Shown: piece after piece, positions 1 to 8,332 of the stretch | Numbering within the stretch: position 1 is the first letter of the stretch | Layout of the letters: each line of letters opens with the position of its first letter | The notes under the pieces: generated by a model | Databases searched by the model: none | What the model saw: the letters and a program-made list of their open reading frames with translations, nothing else | What the model was told of the DNA's origin: nothing | Assembly: GCA_015067075.1 (NCBI GenBank) | Contig: SVND01000016.1 | Location: 1 to 48,840, forward strand | Source of the DNA: Oscillospiraceae bacterium | GTDB lineage: Bacteria; Bacillota; Clostridia; Oscillospirales; SIG530 | Direction of reading: 5' to 3' | Length of the DNA: 48,840 nucleotides | Position numbers and translations under genes: made by a program

Positions 1-183
1 GACGACACACTTCTTTACGGTGTCGAAGTTAAGTTCTACAACATGGAAGTTGATGTAAATGAAAATCTTGAATCCTGCTATAAAGGTCTTTACATCATCG
101 GCGACGGAAGCGGTATCACCCACTCCCTGTCCCATGCTTCAGCCAGCGGTGTCCACGTTGCACGACACATTGTTGAAAATTGA
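1..183 (+). CDS. 3' end of an FAD-dependent oxidoreductase-like protein (5' end lies outside the window)
   Basis: Frame 1 is open from base 1 to TGA at 181-183. The C-terminal peptide ...GLYIIGDGSGITHSLSHASASGVHVARHIVEN resembles the C-terminal FAD-binding segment of COG2509-type flavoprotein dehydrogenases. A terminator follows. Confidence 0.4.
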   Translation, partial: DDTLLYGVEVKFYNMEVDVNENLESCYKGLYIIGDGSGITHSLSHASASGVHVARHIVEN

Positions 184-203
184 ATTTTCTCTTTTTAATA
201 AAA

Positions 204-248
204 GATCTCCCACATTCCGATCAACGGTCTGTGGGAGATCGATTTTAT
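204..248. terminator. Bidirectional rho-independent terminator between convergent genes
   Basis: Inverted repeat GATCTCCCACA (204-214) / TGTGGGAGATC (230-240). It is followed by GATTTTAT on the plus strand and preceded by an A/T-rich run, which is T-rich on the minus strand. Confidence 0.6.
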
Positions 249-261
249 AAGTAGTTAATTA

Positions 262-1320
262 CTAATTGAGTTTATAGCAAACAATATGCGTCCCCTCTGC
301 ATCCATATATCCGCGATAGCAATATCCGTTCTGTGCAATTTGCATCATCATTATCGTCGACCCGTTATACCAGCGTCCGTATTCGTCGTCCTTATGAAAC
401 AGCTTATCGGGTATTCTGAATGCTTCCGCAAAATTTTTGCTGAAATTAACTTTTACGATAAACGTACCGTATATTTCAGCTTTAATATAGACGTTTTCAT
501 CATCTACTCCGATTATTTCTGCCAAAGGCATACCGTTTGCAAGTACAGTTGCACTGAAATCGAGCACTAATGAATTTGTAAGTTCGCTGTTACTGTCATA
601 ACGCTCCAAAACAAACTTCGGTTCATAAGCATCTTTTGTAAGCGCAAATCTGTTTTCCGTCTGCTTTTCTTCTATTATTTCATTTCTGTCCCTTGAAAAA
701 ATCTCCTTACCTTTTTCCGTATCAGCTTTAAGGTAAAAGGTTGCTTGTTTTCTTTCTGAAAACAATGCTTTCGCCTCAACTTCGCCGTTCGGATTGACAG
801 CTACCGAGATTATTTCATTTATCGGCTCATCAAACTCCACCGTTTCAATAGTATTATCAGTAATTTTCACTACGACCGCTTGTGTTTTTTCTACCGCATA
901 CAGCGCGTTATTCGCCCAGATCATATCCTGCATAACGCCTGCCTCAAAGGATGTATTTTTCAAATCTATTTGAGATACCTGCTTTTTATCCTTAAAAGCT
1001 TTAATTAGCTTATTATACGTGTCATACACATAAATTGTCTTATCCTGCGCCACAGCAAATACCTGCGGTCCGCTGTATTGACGTAATTCCTGCGTATAAA
1101 ATCTTGCAAAGCATCCTTCCCTTCGCTCCATTTCATCAGACCAAGCCTGTGTAGCAACTATCTCTCCTTGCGAAAAGCGAACATTTTCCAAATCAAGAGC
1201 TAAAATTCCGTCGGTAATATTTTGTTTTACTCCTTCAATACCGTCGTTTTCCTGTTTCGGCACACAAGAAGTCAAAGCCAACAGACACAAGCAAATCAAA
1301 ATGCACGCTATTTTTTTCAT
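262..1320 (-). CDS. Putative lipoprotein, function unknown
   Basis: 352-aa ORF with ATG start and AAAGGAGG SD. N-terminus MKKIACILICLCLLALTSC has a signal peptide and a lipobox (LTSC). I recognise no catalytic motifs. Confidence 0.6.
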   Translation of the reverse strand: MKKIACILICLCLLALTSCVPKQENDGIEGVKQNITDGILALDLENVRFSQGEIVATQAWSDEMERREGCFARFYTQELRQYSGPQVFAVAQDKTIYVYDTYNKLIKAFKDKKQVSQIDLKNTSFEAGVMQDMIWANNALYAVEKTQAVVVKITDNTIETVEFDEPINEIISVAVNPNGEVEAKALFSERKQATFYLKADTEKGKEIFSRDRNEIIEEKQTENRFALTKDAYEPKFVLERYDSNSELTNSLVLDFSATVLANGMPLAEIIGVDDENVYIKAEIYGTFIVKVNFSKNFAEAFRIPDKLFHKDDEYGRWYNGSTIMMMQIAQNGYCYRGYMDAEGTHIVCYKLN

Positions 1321-1445
1321 CGTCTGCCTCCTTTTATAAAACCAATTTCGGTTTTTTTACCATTTATCGCCTGCTTTGCACATTATTTATTTTACACTAT
1401 ATCAGTTATAAAGTCAATATTTTTTTACATTTTCCCATATTAAAG

Positions 1446-1484
1446 TAAAAAACGAACCCCAAAGCAAAAGCTTTAGGGTTCGTT
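1446..1484 (-). terminator. Rho-independent terminator of the isomerase-family gene
   Basis: AACGAACCC (1451-1459) / GGGTTCGTT (1476-1484) hairpin. On the minus strand it is followed by a T-run, which is the A-run at 1446-1450 on plus. Confidence 0.55.
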
Positions 1485-1505
1485 TCATATTTGATGTTCT
1501 TAATG

Positions 1506-2927
1506 TTATCTTGTGACGATTTCGCAAGGTACGTTGAGGATCTTTGCGACCTTGAGGATAGTGTCGATATGTCTGCCTGTAGCGGCTGCCATATGGTGAG
1601 TGGGGCCTGCTTCGCTCCAACGGTTGCAGAATTCTCTTGCGCCGCAGGTGAAGCGAGTTCTCATATTTGTATCGCCGAACATGAAGATGGGGCCTTCCTC
1701 GTTTACGCCTTCAGCAACGATAAACTTGAAGTTGCCGTCCTTATCCTGTGTAATGGCAAGGTATGTGATCTCGCCGACGGGGGGATAGAACTGTGTAAGA
1801 TAGCCACCGCCTGTTTTTCCGTGGAAAACGGGAACGATCTTCATCGTGGGCTTTTTAGCTGTGGAAATGTCAGCATCGCCGGAGCCGGAATGACCGATAA
1901 TGCAGATATCTTCGTTGAAGTCGATGGAGTACATTTCGGAAAGCTGGCCTGTGCCTGCGATAGTCTTGAGAATGCTCATAGCCATTGCAACCTTGATGTC
2001 GCCTTCAACTGCGCAAGCTGTTCCCTGCTTAATAAGCATTGAGAATGCGGGGATAAGCATGGAGTCCAAAACGCCAGCCTTGCCTGTAGCAAAACCGTCA
2101 TAGTGAGACGCGATAAGACCAAGCTGTTCATCGTCTACCCACTTTTCAAAAGCAACAACGTATTTAGCCATTTCCCAAACAGTTTCAACCGTTGCGCCGC
2201 CTTCGATATCGAAGGTGTTAAGGATATCCTCAGCCTTTGCGCGGATAGCAGCCTCGTCTGTGATATTGTCGGCGATAGCCCACATCTTTTCCCAGTCAAA
2301 CTGCTTCGTGTAAAGGAACATTCTGTTATAAAGATTTGTTTCGTCGATGTAAAGGTCCATCATACCGGGATAGGGTCTGCCTATCTGAGCAATGTTGGTA
2401 TCACGGAATCTTCTGCGAACCTGAGCCGCGCGGCACCAAGCCTCGATCTCCTGAGCAACGTAAGGATCTCCGCCTTCAACAACGCCTGTAATTACAGCGT
2501 GTCTCTTGCCGGCTCTTTCAAGGTCAGCAACAGCTTCGCCAACAGCGCCGCAAGCATAAAGCTCGCCAAGCCACTTGGGAATATCTGTGTTTGCATAATC
2601 AGGTGCCTTGAGCTTCTGTACGTTTACAACGACAACGGGAACGTCAAGGTCTCTGATAGCGGGCAACATATTGTAAGATGTTGCATATGTAAGCATCTGA
2701 AGTATTACAAGGTCAACGTCAGCCGCACGGAATTTATCTCCCGCCGCCATAGCTAATTCCTTAGTTGTAACTATTCCGCCGTCGATGATCTCAACAGTAT
2801 CGGGAAGAGTCTTTTTAAACGCCTCATACTGCTCCTCAAATTCGGGAACAAGGGAAGGAAACTGCGGCAGATATGCGCCAAGGGCAATTGAGAATACGCC
2901 GATTCTCGCTTTTGTGTTTACCAACAT
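1506..2927 (-). CDS. L-arabinose isomerase / L-fucose isomerase superfamily protein
   Basis: The track ORF starts at TTG. An in-frame ATG (MLVNTKARIGVF...) sits 8 nt after GGAGGA. It contains an EGDxK(V/T)A motif (AVEGDIKVAMAMSIL) like the AraA metal-site EGDWKTAAL, and is about 470 aa with the typical architecture. Confidence 0.6.
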   Translation of the reverse strand: MLVNTKARIGVFSIALGAYLPQFPSLVPEFEEQYEAFKKTLPDTVEIIDGGIVTTKELAMAAGDKFRAADVDLVILQMLTYATSYNMLPAIRDLDVPVVVVNVQKLKAPDYANTDIPKWLGELYACGAVGEAVADLERAGKRHAVITGVVEGGDPYVAQEIEAWCRAAQVRRRFRDTNIAQIGRPYPGMMDLYIDETNLYNRMFLYTKQFDWEKMWAIADNITDEAAIRAKAEDILNTFDIEGGATVETVWEMAKYVVAFEKWVDDEQLGLIASHYDGFATGKAGVLDSMLIPAFSMLIKQGTACAVEGDIKVAMAMSILKTIAGTGQLSEMYSIDFNEDICIIGHSGSGDADISTAKKPTMKIVPVFHGKTGGGYLTQFYPPVGEITYLAITQDKDGNFKFIVAEGVNEEGPIFMFGDTNMRTRFTCGAREFCNRWSEAGPTHHMAAATGRHIDTILKVAKILNVPCEIVTR

Positions 2928-3085
2928 ATTTTTATCCTCCAATAAAAAAATTCGTTAAACAGTCGCAGACTTTTCGCCTACTATAATGTGTTTATCAAAT
3001 TATAGCACAAATTTTCCTGTCCGTCAATAACTATATCGCAAATTTATTAAGGCAAACGCAAGAGCAATCCCTTTTATTTTCTCGT

Positions 3086-3733
3086 TTACTTCGCGTTTTT
3101 GTTGCTTTCATCAATGTCGGCGCGCCACCGCTCGTTATCAAGGCTTTCGCACCGTCTTACGGCGCTTATGGCGTTGGACATTGCTTCATACGTCATCTTG
3201 ACGCCTTTTTTGTTTTGGCGGTAATTTACGGCACGCTCTGCCCTTATTCCGATATTCTCCGCCGCTTGTACAGCGTCAATATTTGCCGCAAGAAAAATAA
3301 ACTCCCAACCGTATTTTTCCGTTTGATTTTTGATAAGCTTTTTCACTTCGCTTTTGCTGTAATTACGGCTGGCATTTTCCATACCGTCGGTAGTAATAAC
3401 AAAAATAGTATGATCGGGCACGTCCTCTTTTCTTGCGTACTTGTGAATATTGCCGATATGACGTATGGCACCGCCCACAGCGTCCAAAAGTGCCGTGCAG
3501 CCGCCGACTTGATAATCTCTTTCCGTCATCGGCTTTATATCACCAATCTCCACTCTGTCGTGTATCACTTCGCTTTCGTTGTCAAAAAGCACCGTTGAAA
3601 CGTACGCCTTGCCCTCCTGCATTCTTTGCTTTTCGACCGTCGCGTTAAAACCGCCTACGGTATCAGCCTCAAAGCCTGCCATCGAGCCGCTTCTGTCAAG
3701 AATAAATACGATTTCTGTAATATTGTTTTTCAT
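3086..3733 (-). CDS. Small von Willebrand factor A (vWA) domain protein, TerY-like size
   Basis: 215 aa. MIDAS motif DRSGSM near the N-terminus (IVFILDRSGSMAG), and ...FVITTDGMEN.. typical of vWA. ATG start with AAGGAGG SD. Confidence 0.75.
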   Translation of the reverse strand: MKNNITEIVFILDRSGSMAGFEADTVGGFNATVEKQRMQEGKAYVSTVLFDNESEVIHDRVEIGDIKPMTERDYQVGGCTALLDAVGGAIRHIGNIHKYARKEDVPDHTIFVITTDGMENASRNYSKSEVKKLIKNQTEKYGWEFIFLAANIDAVQAAENIGIRAERAVNYRQNKKGVKMTYEAMSNAISAVRRCESLDNERWRADIDESNKNAK

Positions 3734-3738
3734 AAGAA

Positions 3739-3789
3739 AAACCTCCTTTAGTTTTGTGTCTGCATTTTAACACATCACAAAGGAGGTTT
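3739..3789 (-). promoter_or_regulatory. SD-sequestering hairpin in the macro-vWA intercistronic region
   Basis: Perfect 11-bp inverted repeat AAACCTCCTTT (3739-3749) / AAAGGAGGTTT (3779-3789) with a 29-nt loop. On the minus-strand transcript the anti-SD CCTCCTT pairs with the vWA SD AAGGAGG 5 nt before its ATG. Confidence 0.5.
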
Positions 3790-3810
3790 GGTCGCTCGTC
3801 GGGAGACTTT

Positions 3811-4818
3811 TTATACGCCGAGCATTACCTGATCAAACTGAAAAAGCGTTTCATTCACATCAAATATGCTCTCGTAATTTCCGCTCGTTATAAAATATTC
3901 AATTATAACGTCAAATTTACTGCTTCTCGACAGCGTCATACCGACTGTACGCAAAAGATGGTTCGTTTCGTCAATGTCAAGCCGTAAGGCTATTGCAAAG
4001 GATACAGCCGTCACCTTGCTGGGCTTATAGCTTTTATTACACTTTATCTTGGAAAAGGTCTTTTTGTCCACGTTAGCTTTTTTATAGCATTCAACGTCGG
4101 AAAGCCCTTTTTTATCAATATAATAAAACAGCGTTTCCGCAAAGCCTTTGTCCATTTCCTCCAGCATTTCATCAAGGCTTTTCGTATCTTTCGGCGCATC
4201 CTCCGCGCACGTTGACGCACACGCTGCCATTTGCTCAAAAGCCCTGTCTGTGCGTACCATCCTTGAAGCGTTAAGCCTCGGCGCTCGCTCACTCACATAC
4301 GCGTCGTCGATAAACGATTCCACCTGCGCAAACAGCTTTTCGCTTACGCAATAGGCGCTTTTATCATAAACGACAAGATAGATAAGCATTTCATTTTCGA
4401 ATACAAAATCGCCTATCGCCTTTATGGCGATCTTCATCGCTCTGTCTTTTGGGTATCCGTAGCTGCCCGAAGAGATCACGGGAAAGGCAACACTTCTGAA
4501 TCTATGTGCCTTGGCAAGCTTAAGACAAGAGGTATAGCAAGAGGCGAGTAGTTCATCTTCACCTTGATCTCCGCCTTGCCAAATCGGTCCTGCCGTATGG
4601 ATAACGTGCTTGCACGGCAAATTAAGCCCTCTCGTCAGCTTCGCCTCGCCCGTTTTCACTCCGCCAAGCTTTCTGCATTGCTCTGCAAGCATATTGCCTG
4701 CCACATCGTGTATCACTTTATCCAATCCGCCACAACCCGTAAGACGTTCATCGGACGGGTTCACAATAGCGTCGCACTCTATTTTTGTTATATCCTGTCT
4801 TATTACTTTGATCGGCAC
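3811..4818 (-). CDS. Macro domain (MacroD/YmdB-type ADP-ribose processing) protein with C-terminal XRE-like HTH domain
   Basis: GTG start after a GGAG SD. The N-terminal ~175 aa carry canonical macro motifs: DITKIECDAIVNPSDERLTGCGGLDKVIHDVAG, HVIHTAGPIW and VAFPVISSGSYGYP. The C-terminal ~90 aa resemble an XRE-type HTH (…KKGLSDVECYKKANVDKKTFSKI…KVTAVSFAIALRLDIDE…). Confidence 0.75.
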   Translation of the reverse strand: MPIKVIRQDITKIECDAIVNPSDERLTGCGGLDKVIHDVAGNMLAEQCRKLGGVKTGEAKLTRGLNLPCKHVIHTAGPIWQGGDQGEDELLASCYTSCLKLAKAHRFRSVAFPVISSGSYGYPKDRAMKIAIKAIGDFVFENEMLIYLVVYDKSAYCVSEKLFAQVESFIDDAYVSERAPRLNASRMVRTDRAFEQMAACASTCAEDAPKDTKSLDEMLEEMDKGFAETLFYYIDKKGLSDVECYKKANVDKKTFSKIKCNKSYKPSKVTAVSFAIALRLDIDETNHLLRTVGMTLSRSSKFDVIIEYFITSGNYESIFDVNETLFQFDQVMLGV

Positions 4819-4841
4819 AGTAATTCTCCACTCCCGCCGTT

Positions 4842-5771
4842 TTATTTTTTCCCTTTTTCCTTCGCTCTTTTATCGTTGATTATCTTCATGTGCTCTTCCG
4901 TTATCAGTTCCACGTTGTTTTCCTTTGCCCAATCAACACAGCCCTTAAGCACCAACGGTAAAAATACTCTCGGCACGGCAAGAACCGTTTTCAGCGCGTC
5001 GTCCGTAAACTTGACCTTGTCATCCACGCGGTCTGCCGCATATCTTACAGATTCAAGCGATGCCTGACGCATTTGCAAAAGCTCCGCTCTCATGCGGGAT
5101 TTCCTGTGAAACCAGAAATTTTTCGAATCGCGATACCCGTAATCAACGGGAAGCGGAGGAAAATCTTTCGCTTTAACGCCGTTTATGATGGCATCCTTGT
5201 ATTTTTTCTTCATAAGTATTTTATCTATACGCAAAATGAAATGCGCACCGAACTTGCTCGTAATACCGTTGAAATCATGATACGGTCCCTCATATCCGTT
5301 AAGCTGACCCGGCATATCCTTATCAGCTCCGTCAAGTTCACGCATCCAAGTACATTCAATTACTTGTATGGCATCAGTCAGGACCATTGGACGCTTATCC
5401 TGCGGATTTTCTTCCTCGATAAGGCTTGTTTCAAGCTTGAAATTGCATTTCGGCATTTTCTCTTCAGGCTTGTCACCCGGCCATGAAAGCTTTACAGCTT
5501 CCTTGAACGAGGACGGTTTATCATCAATAAAGCTTATGGCGCACTTTCCGTTTCGCAAAATATTTTGTGCCGTGTTCGACGAATTTCTGCAGCTTAAAAG
5601 CATTGCATAATAATCCTTTCCGGCTACGTAATAGGGCTGTATAAGAGAATAAGGGCCAAGTGTTGTCATACCGTTTTCGCACAACGTGCTGATAACTACG
5701 GTAGGCATGGGAAAGAAAAGCGACGTCTGATAAAAATTATCGACTATTCTAAGATTTTCAAAGCTGCTCAT
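4842..5771 (-). CDS. Flavin reductase-like (FMN-binding split-barrel) family protein with extra C-terminal domain
   Basis: 309 aa. The N-terminus PTVVISTLCENGMTTLGPYSLIQP...NTAQNILRNGKCAISFID matches the flavin-reductase-like domain pattern. The C-terminal ~100 aa are lysine-rich and of unknown function. ATG start with AGGAGA SD. It lies 23 nt upstream of the macro gene on the same strand. Confidence 0.5.
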   Translation of the reverse strand: MSSFENLRIVDNFYQTSLFFPMPTVVISTLCENGMTTLGPYSLIQPYYVAGKDYYAMLLSCRNSSNTAQNILRNGKCAISFIDDKPSSFKEAVKLSWPGDKPEEKMPKCNFKLETSLIEEENPQDKRPMVLTDAIQVIECTWMRELDGADKDMPGQLNGYEGPYHDFNGITSKFGAHFILRIDKILMKKKYKDAIINGVKAKDFPPLPVDYGYRDSKNFWFHRKSRMRAELLQMRQASLESVRYAADRVDDKVKFTDDALKTVLAVPRVFLPLVLKGCVDWAKENNVELITEEHMKIINDKRAKEKGKK

Positions 5772-5869
5772 GATAAGTCTCCTTCACTTCATTATAATAA
5801 GTATATTATACAACATTCCCAAGGTTTTTTCAACCCTTGCTTATTATTTACATAAATATTATTCAGCCC

Positions 5870-5898
5870 TTGCAATCCCACTTGTTTTATGATAAAAT
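5870..5898 (+). promoter_or_regulatory. Candidate sigma-A promoter for the tmk operon
   Basis: TTGCAA-N17-TAAAAT about 35 nt upstream of the tmk start. Confidence 0.35.
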
Positions 5899-5930
5899 AA
5901 TATAAAACAGTTTTTTGAAGGGATATCAGT

Positions 5931-6554
5931 ATGAATAAGCGCGGTAAATTTATCGTCCTTGAGGGACTTGACGGTTCGGGAAAGGACACACAGCTTAAAT
6001 TGCTTTATGAAAGGCTCGTTGCTGACGGAGTTGACGCCGTTTTAACTGCGGAGCCAACAGATTTTGAATGCGGACGCATGCTTCGCCGCGCTCTTTCAGG
6101 TGAGCTTGACGCTTCCCCTGCGGAGCTTGCCGCTCTTTTTCTGACGGACAGAGTCAAGCACAACTGTGCTCCCGACGTAGGTATCCGCGCGCTTTTGGAA
6201 AAAGGTCAAACGGTTATCTGCGGAAGATACTACTATTCTTCCTTTGCCTATCAGGGAATTGATACGGATATAAATTGGGTAATGGACATGAACCTTAATT
6301 GTCCCGATATAATAAAGCCCGATCTTTGTATTTTTCTCGACCTTTCTCCCGAAAACTGCCGTGAGCGTATAGAAAAAGGCCGCGACAAAACGGAGATTTA
6401 CGAAAAGGTTGAAACTCTGCGCCGTGTCCGCAGCCGCTTTTACGACGTTTTCAAGCTTTTGGACGGAAAGGAAAACGTCAAAATAGTCGATGCATTCGGC
6501 ACGGTAGATCAGGTCTTTACCCGAGTATACGACGCTGCAAAAAGCATTTTCTGA
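5931..6554 (+). CDS. tmk: Thymidylate kinase
   Basis: P-loop FIVLEGLDGSGKDTQ, about 207 aa, with the typical dTMP kinase lid region (…RYYYSSFAYQG…). Confidence 0.9.
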   Translation: MNKRGKFIVLEGLDGSGKDTQLKLLYERLVADGVDAVLTAEPTDFECGRMLRRALSGELDASPAELAALFLTDRVKHNCAPDVGIRALLEKGQTVICGRYYYSSFAYQGIDTDINWVMDMNLNCPDIIKPDLCIFLDLSPENCRERIEKGRDKTEIYEKVETLRRVRSRFYDVFKLLDGKENVKIVDAFGTVDQVFTRVYDAAKSIF

Positions 6555-6568
6555 AAGGAGCAAAAGCT

Positions 6569-7306
6569 ATGACATACAATGAATTCAAGCAAAAAGCCGC
6601 TTCCAAGCTCATTGATACAAAATCATATTGCCTTTACGGCGAGGGCAAGCACAAAAACTGCCTTTGCATCGACAAGGAAAAGGACGGAAAAATTTCAGTT
6701 TACTATAAATTCGGCATCAGCACATACGATGAGATGTATTTTGAAACGGAGGATGCCGCTTTAGAAGAGGCATTCCGCCGTCTCACCATCGACACAAAGC
6801 GCGCAAGACAGCTTCGCTCCCGCAAAAATACGATCACGGCACTCACCTGTATAGTAATTGCCGCGGCGCTTATCGTGCTCGCCATGTATATTCCCATAAA
6901 GCCCGCCATATCCGTTGATTTCTCCGATTTCAGCGACGGCTTTTATATCTACGGCGATGACTCGCAAACTCGCATAATCTGCCAATTCGGCATTGATTAT
7001 CACGGTCCGAAGTGGTATGTTTGCACGCAAAACGGAAAATTTGTTGAAACTGTAATCGTAGAAGGCAGTTACCCGACTACCTTCGGTTACGATATACTCA
7101 TGCACGTAAATCCCGAAAATCAGTATTGCTTCACAGGCTATTTTAACGGCACGAAAACAGGAAGCGACGGCACGACGTACCGTGTTTTCCATGTTGAAAA
7201 CTGGTCTCCCGTCTTCCCCGTTGCCCGCAATATTGATATTCTTACAAACGCAGGTATTACGATTTACGATATGCTCTTTAGTGAAACGATAAAAGGACAC
7301 AACTGA
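6569..7306 (+). CDS. Hypothetical membrane-anchored protein
   Basis: 245 aa. AAAGGAG SD before the ATG. A single TM segment (ITALTCIVIAAALIVLAMYI) lies between a ~95-aa N-terminal region and a Gly/Tyr/Thr-rich C-terminal domain. No recognisable motifs. Confidence 0.55.
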   Translation: MTYNEFKQKAASKLIDTKSYCLYGEGKHKNCLCIDKEKDGKISVYYKFGISTYDEMYFETEDAALEEAFRRLTIDTKRARQLRSRKNTITALTCIVIAAALIVLAMYIPIKPAISVDFSDFSDGFYIYGDDSQTRIICQFGIDYHGPKWYVCTQNGKFVETVIVEGSYPTTFGYDILMHVNPENQYCFTGYFNGTKTGSDGTTYRVFHVENWSPVFPVARNIDILTNAGITIYDMLFSETIKGHN

Positions 7307-7318
7307 TAAGGAGACGTC

Positions 7319-8329
7319 ATGGACGCCACATACGAAACTGCAGTCAAGGAGCTTCGCTCAGGCAATATTTATCCTATATATGTGCTTTACGGCAAGGAAA
7401 ACTTTTTAAAAAAGCGTATGCTCGACGACATCGTAAAGCGCGCCGTCTCGGAGGATACGGCTGAATACAATTATTCCGTTTTCGACGGTGAAAAATCCGT
7501 TGATGATTTTTGCGATGCCGCAGAAAGCGCTCCGTTTTTCGCCGAGCGCCGCGTTGTCACGCTTAAGGATACGGAGCTTTCAAAGCTGCCTGCAGACAAA
7601 TCCGCCCGTGTTGCCGATATAATTGAGCTTTGCGACGATGCTCTTACCGTGATTTTTTATTACAGCGGCGACACCTATAAGCCCGACAAAAAGCTGGGTA
7701 AGTCCATCGACCAAAAGGGGCTCATTATAAGCTTTGACGACCAATCGCCCGCAAAGCTTGCCACATGGCTTCGCCGTCAGGCAGAAGCGGCCCAAAAGCA
7801 AATTGACGATAACGCCGTTGATTACATCATCAATAATTGCGGCCCGTCAATGGAGCATATGCACAACGAAATGGCGAAGATCTTAAGCTACAGCCGCCGC
7901 GAGAAAATAACTCTTGCCGACGTAAAGCAAACGGCTGTCGTAACAGTTGAAGCCGCTGTTTTTGACATGACGGATGCCCTCGCCTTCGGCAGATACGAGC
8001 GCGCACTTAATATTCTTTCGGAGCTTTTTGCTCAAAAGGAGCAAGCGCCCGCTATTTTAGGTGCACTTTCGTCAAGCATAGCCAATCTTTACCGCATTAA
8101 AACGGCTATTTCCTGCGGCGTTCCCGCTCAGCAGCTTCAAAGCGAATGTAAAATTGCCCCTTTTATCGTGCGCAAGCTCACTCCCGTGGCTGAAAGAACT
8201 GATATAAAGCTTTTGCGCCGTTGGATACACTCATGTGCCGATGCGGACACACGGCTTAAAAGCGCAAGCGGTATGACGGATAAAATGATTTTGGAAACGC
8301 TTATTTTTGAAATGCTAAAAAAGGGTTAA
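7319..8329 (+). CDS. holA: DNA polymerase III delta subunit
   Basis: N-terminus YPIYVLYGKENFL...NYSVFDG...APFFAERRVVTLKD matches the HolA (YqeN) pattern HPVYCLYGKE…NLSVFD…FPFMGERRLVIVK. Length is 336 aa. Confidence 0.8.
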   Translation: MDATYETAVKELRSGNIYPIYVLYGKENFLKKRMLDDIVKRAVSEDTAEYNYSVFDGEKSVDDFCDAAESAPFFAERRVVTLKDTELSKLPADKSARVADIIELCDDALTVIFYYSGDTYKPDKKLGKSIDQKGLIISFDDQSPAKLATWLRRQAEAAQKQIDDNAVDYIINNCGPSMEHMHNEMAKILSYSRREKITLADVKQTAVVTVEAAVFDMTDALAFGRYERALNILSELFAQKEQAPAILGALSSSIANLYRIKTAISCGVPAQQLQSECKIAPFIVRKLTPVAERTDIKLLRRWIHSCADADTRLKSASGMTDKMILETLIFEMLKKG

Positions 8330-8332
8330 AAT

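Noticed and set aside
1491-2042. 183-aa Cys-rich plus-strand ORF, and the 2103..2756 plus-strand ORF
   Set aside because: Antisense to the well-supported isomerase-family gene. No SD, and no homology signal beyond composition.
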